64,000 nucleotides of DNA from the NCBI GenBank assembly GCA_030390025.1, contig CM059437.1:53258001-53322000 (forward strand), in the 5' to 3' direction. Under the pieces are notes generated by a model, which did not search any database, was not told the origin of the DNA, and saw only the letters and a list, made by a program, of their open reading frames with translations. The DNA is from Squalus acanthias. Taxonomy: Eukaryota. The position numbers were made by a program, and so were the translations under genes. This document shows, piece by piece, positions 62,329 through 64,000 of this stretch. Numbering within the stretch: position 1 is the first letter of the stretch; every line of letters begins with the position of its first letter.

Positions 62329-62434
62329 CACGTGCAGAGGGAAGTGTTGAAGCAGTACGACTTGCCATTGGACAGAGTGACCACCGGGACACCGTGGTGT
62401 GTAAGCAGCGATTGTGTTATAGTGGTATCGTTAC
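62329..62434 (-). CDS. HIRA: HIRA coding exon (106 bp); further upstream exons lie beyond the window
   Basis: TTCACAG| (G)NDTTITQSLLTHHGVPVVTLSNGKSYCFNTSLCT(W) |GTAAGG, resembling human GSDMTVSQILLTQHGIPVMNLSDGKAYCFNPSLSTW. Phase 2 joins to 53962. Not in the ORF track. Confidence 0.95.
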
Positions 62435-62506
62435 CTGTGAACAAAACGTAAGCGTATATTAAAGCTGAGCCACAGATTGCATCATATTATACAGCTTCAA
62501 AGGCCA

Positions 62507-62991
62507 GGGACTACACCACATCCCTTCGCACAGCACCCAGGGTTAGGGACTACACCACATCCCTTCGCACAGCACCCAGGGTTCGGGACTACACCACATC
62601 CCTTCGCACAGCACCCAGGGTTAGGGACTACACCACATCCCTTCGCACAGCACCCAGGGTTAGGGACTACACCACATCCCTTCGCACAGCACCCAGGGTT
62701 AGGGACTACACCACATCCCTTCGCACAGCACCCAGGGTTAGGGACTACACCACATCCCTTCGCACAGCACCCAGGGTTAGGGACTACACCACATCCCTTC
62801 GCACAGCACCCAGGGTTAGGGACTACACCACATCCCTTCGCACAGCACCCAGGGTTAGGGACTACACCACATCCCTTCGCACAGCACCCAGGGTTAGGGA
62901 CTACACCACATCCCTTCGCACAGCACCCAGGGTTAGGGACTACACCACATCCCTTCGCACAGCACCCAGGGTTAGGGACTACACCACATCC
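62507..62991. repeat. 39-bp minisatellite GGGACTACACCACATCCCTTCGCACAGCACCCAGGGTTA, 12 units plus a partial one
   Basis: Near-identical units, with degenerate units continuing to ~63150. Confidence 0.95.
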
Positions 62992-63454
62992 TGTAATACA
63001 ATACCCTTGGTCAGGGATGAGAGTGCATTCTGTAATATAGCACCCTACAACAGGGATTACAGTGCATTCTGTCATACAGCACCATGTGTCAAGGATTACA
63101 CAGCGTCGAATAATATAGCACCCTGACAGTGATGGTATCACAGATTCTAAATAGTATCTGGTATATTTAGCCAGTGCACCATATAGTGTACAAGGGTTCA
63201 AATCCACATACTACTGTCTTATACCAGCTTATGCACTGCAGCATATAGCAAGTGATTACAATATAGCTTCAGTTTTACAGCTCGTGCTCAATTGGAAGTG
63301 ATACCATTTCAGCTAAGAAAGGGATCACAGTAAGAACACTAAAACTAAATCAAACCAAATAGATGTTTTTGTTTTGTGGAAAAGACTGTGGCAGTTAAAA
63401 GTTGTAGGTGAAACAATTTCTAATTGGCAAAACACTAGCTACTGAGCATTATCA

Positions 63455-63870
63455 TAGAATAATACAGCACAGAAGGAGGCCATCCGACCCATCGTGCCTG
63501 TGACGGCTCTTTGAAAGCTATGCAATTAGTCCCACTTCCCCGCTGTTTCACCATAGCCCTGCAAAAGTGATTTTAAGTATATATCCAATTCCCTTTTGAA
63601 AGTTAATATGGAATCTGCTTCCACCACCCTTTCAATCAGTGCATTCCAGATCATAACAACTCGCTGCGTAAAAAAGGTCTCGTCTCTCCGCTGGTTCTTT
63701 TGGCAATGATCTTAAATCTGTCTCCTCTGCCATCGACCCTCCTGCCAGTCAAAACACTTTCTCTTTATTCTCTTCTATGAATACCCTTAATAATTTTAAA
63801 CTCTTATTACATCTCCTCTTAACCTTCTCTGCTCAAAGGAGAACAATCCCAGCCTCTAGTCTATCCACAT
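63455..63870 (-). mobile_element. CR1 3' fragment
   Basis: Reverse of the CR1 3' UTR and ORF2 end (compare 29700-30120). Confidence 0.85.
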
Positions 63871-64000
63871 AATTTACAATGACATACTGTGTAATCTTTA
63901 CCCAGGGAAGGATTGGCCTTTTCACTGAAAATGCCAAGAGGTGGATGTTTCAGTGGGCAATTTATCCCTTTCAAACAGAAAATCATTTCTGAAGTAACTA

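Noticed and set aside
62477-63207. Repeat-protein ORFs or a CRISPR-like array
   Set aside because: Head-to-tail 39-bp units with no unique spacers, eukaryotic intronic context, and no cas genes.

Overview
Vertebrate genomic DNA, almost certainly from a cartilaginous fish (shark-type CR1 LINEs, Deu-domain SINEs, cluster-type Ig gene). It holds two convergent host genes. (1) An intact immunoglobulin light-chain minilocus on + (octamer promoter, leader exon 23234-23282, a germline-joined VJ exon 23398-23754 with no RSS, and a lambda/type II-like C exon 27204-27532). (2) The last five coding exons of the histone chaperone HIRA on - (62434 down to 49965). The rest is mostly nested mobile DNA: a non-autonomous LTR element with an env-like remnant, a solo LTR, a decayed two-gene PIF/Harbinger transposon, several MITEs, many CR1/L2/RTE LINE pieces, SINEs, Penelope-like fragments carrying minimal hammerhead ribozyme motifs, and a hAT element containing a 1.6-kb G-rich GAGCT/GGGCT array. 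The most notable points are the pre-joined light chain with a VpreB/IGLV5-like V domain next to HIRA (echoing human 22q11), the switch-region-like array, and the hammerhead-bearing inverted inserts. Family names come from motif recognition and memory, not database searches. TE boundaries without a stated TSD are approximate.
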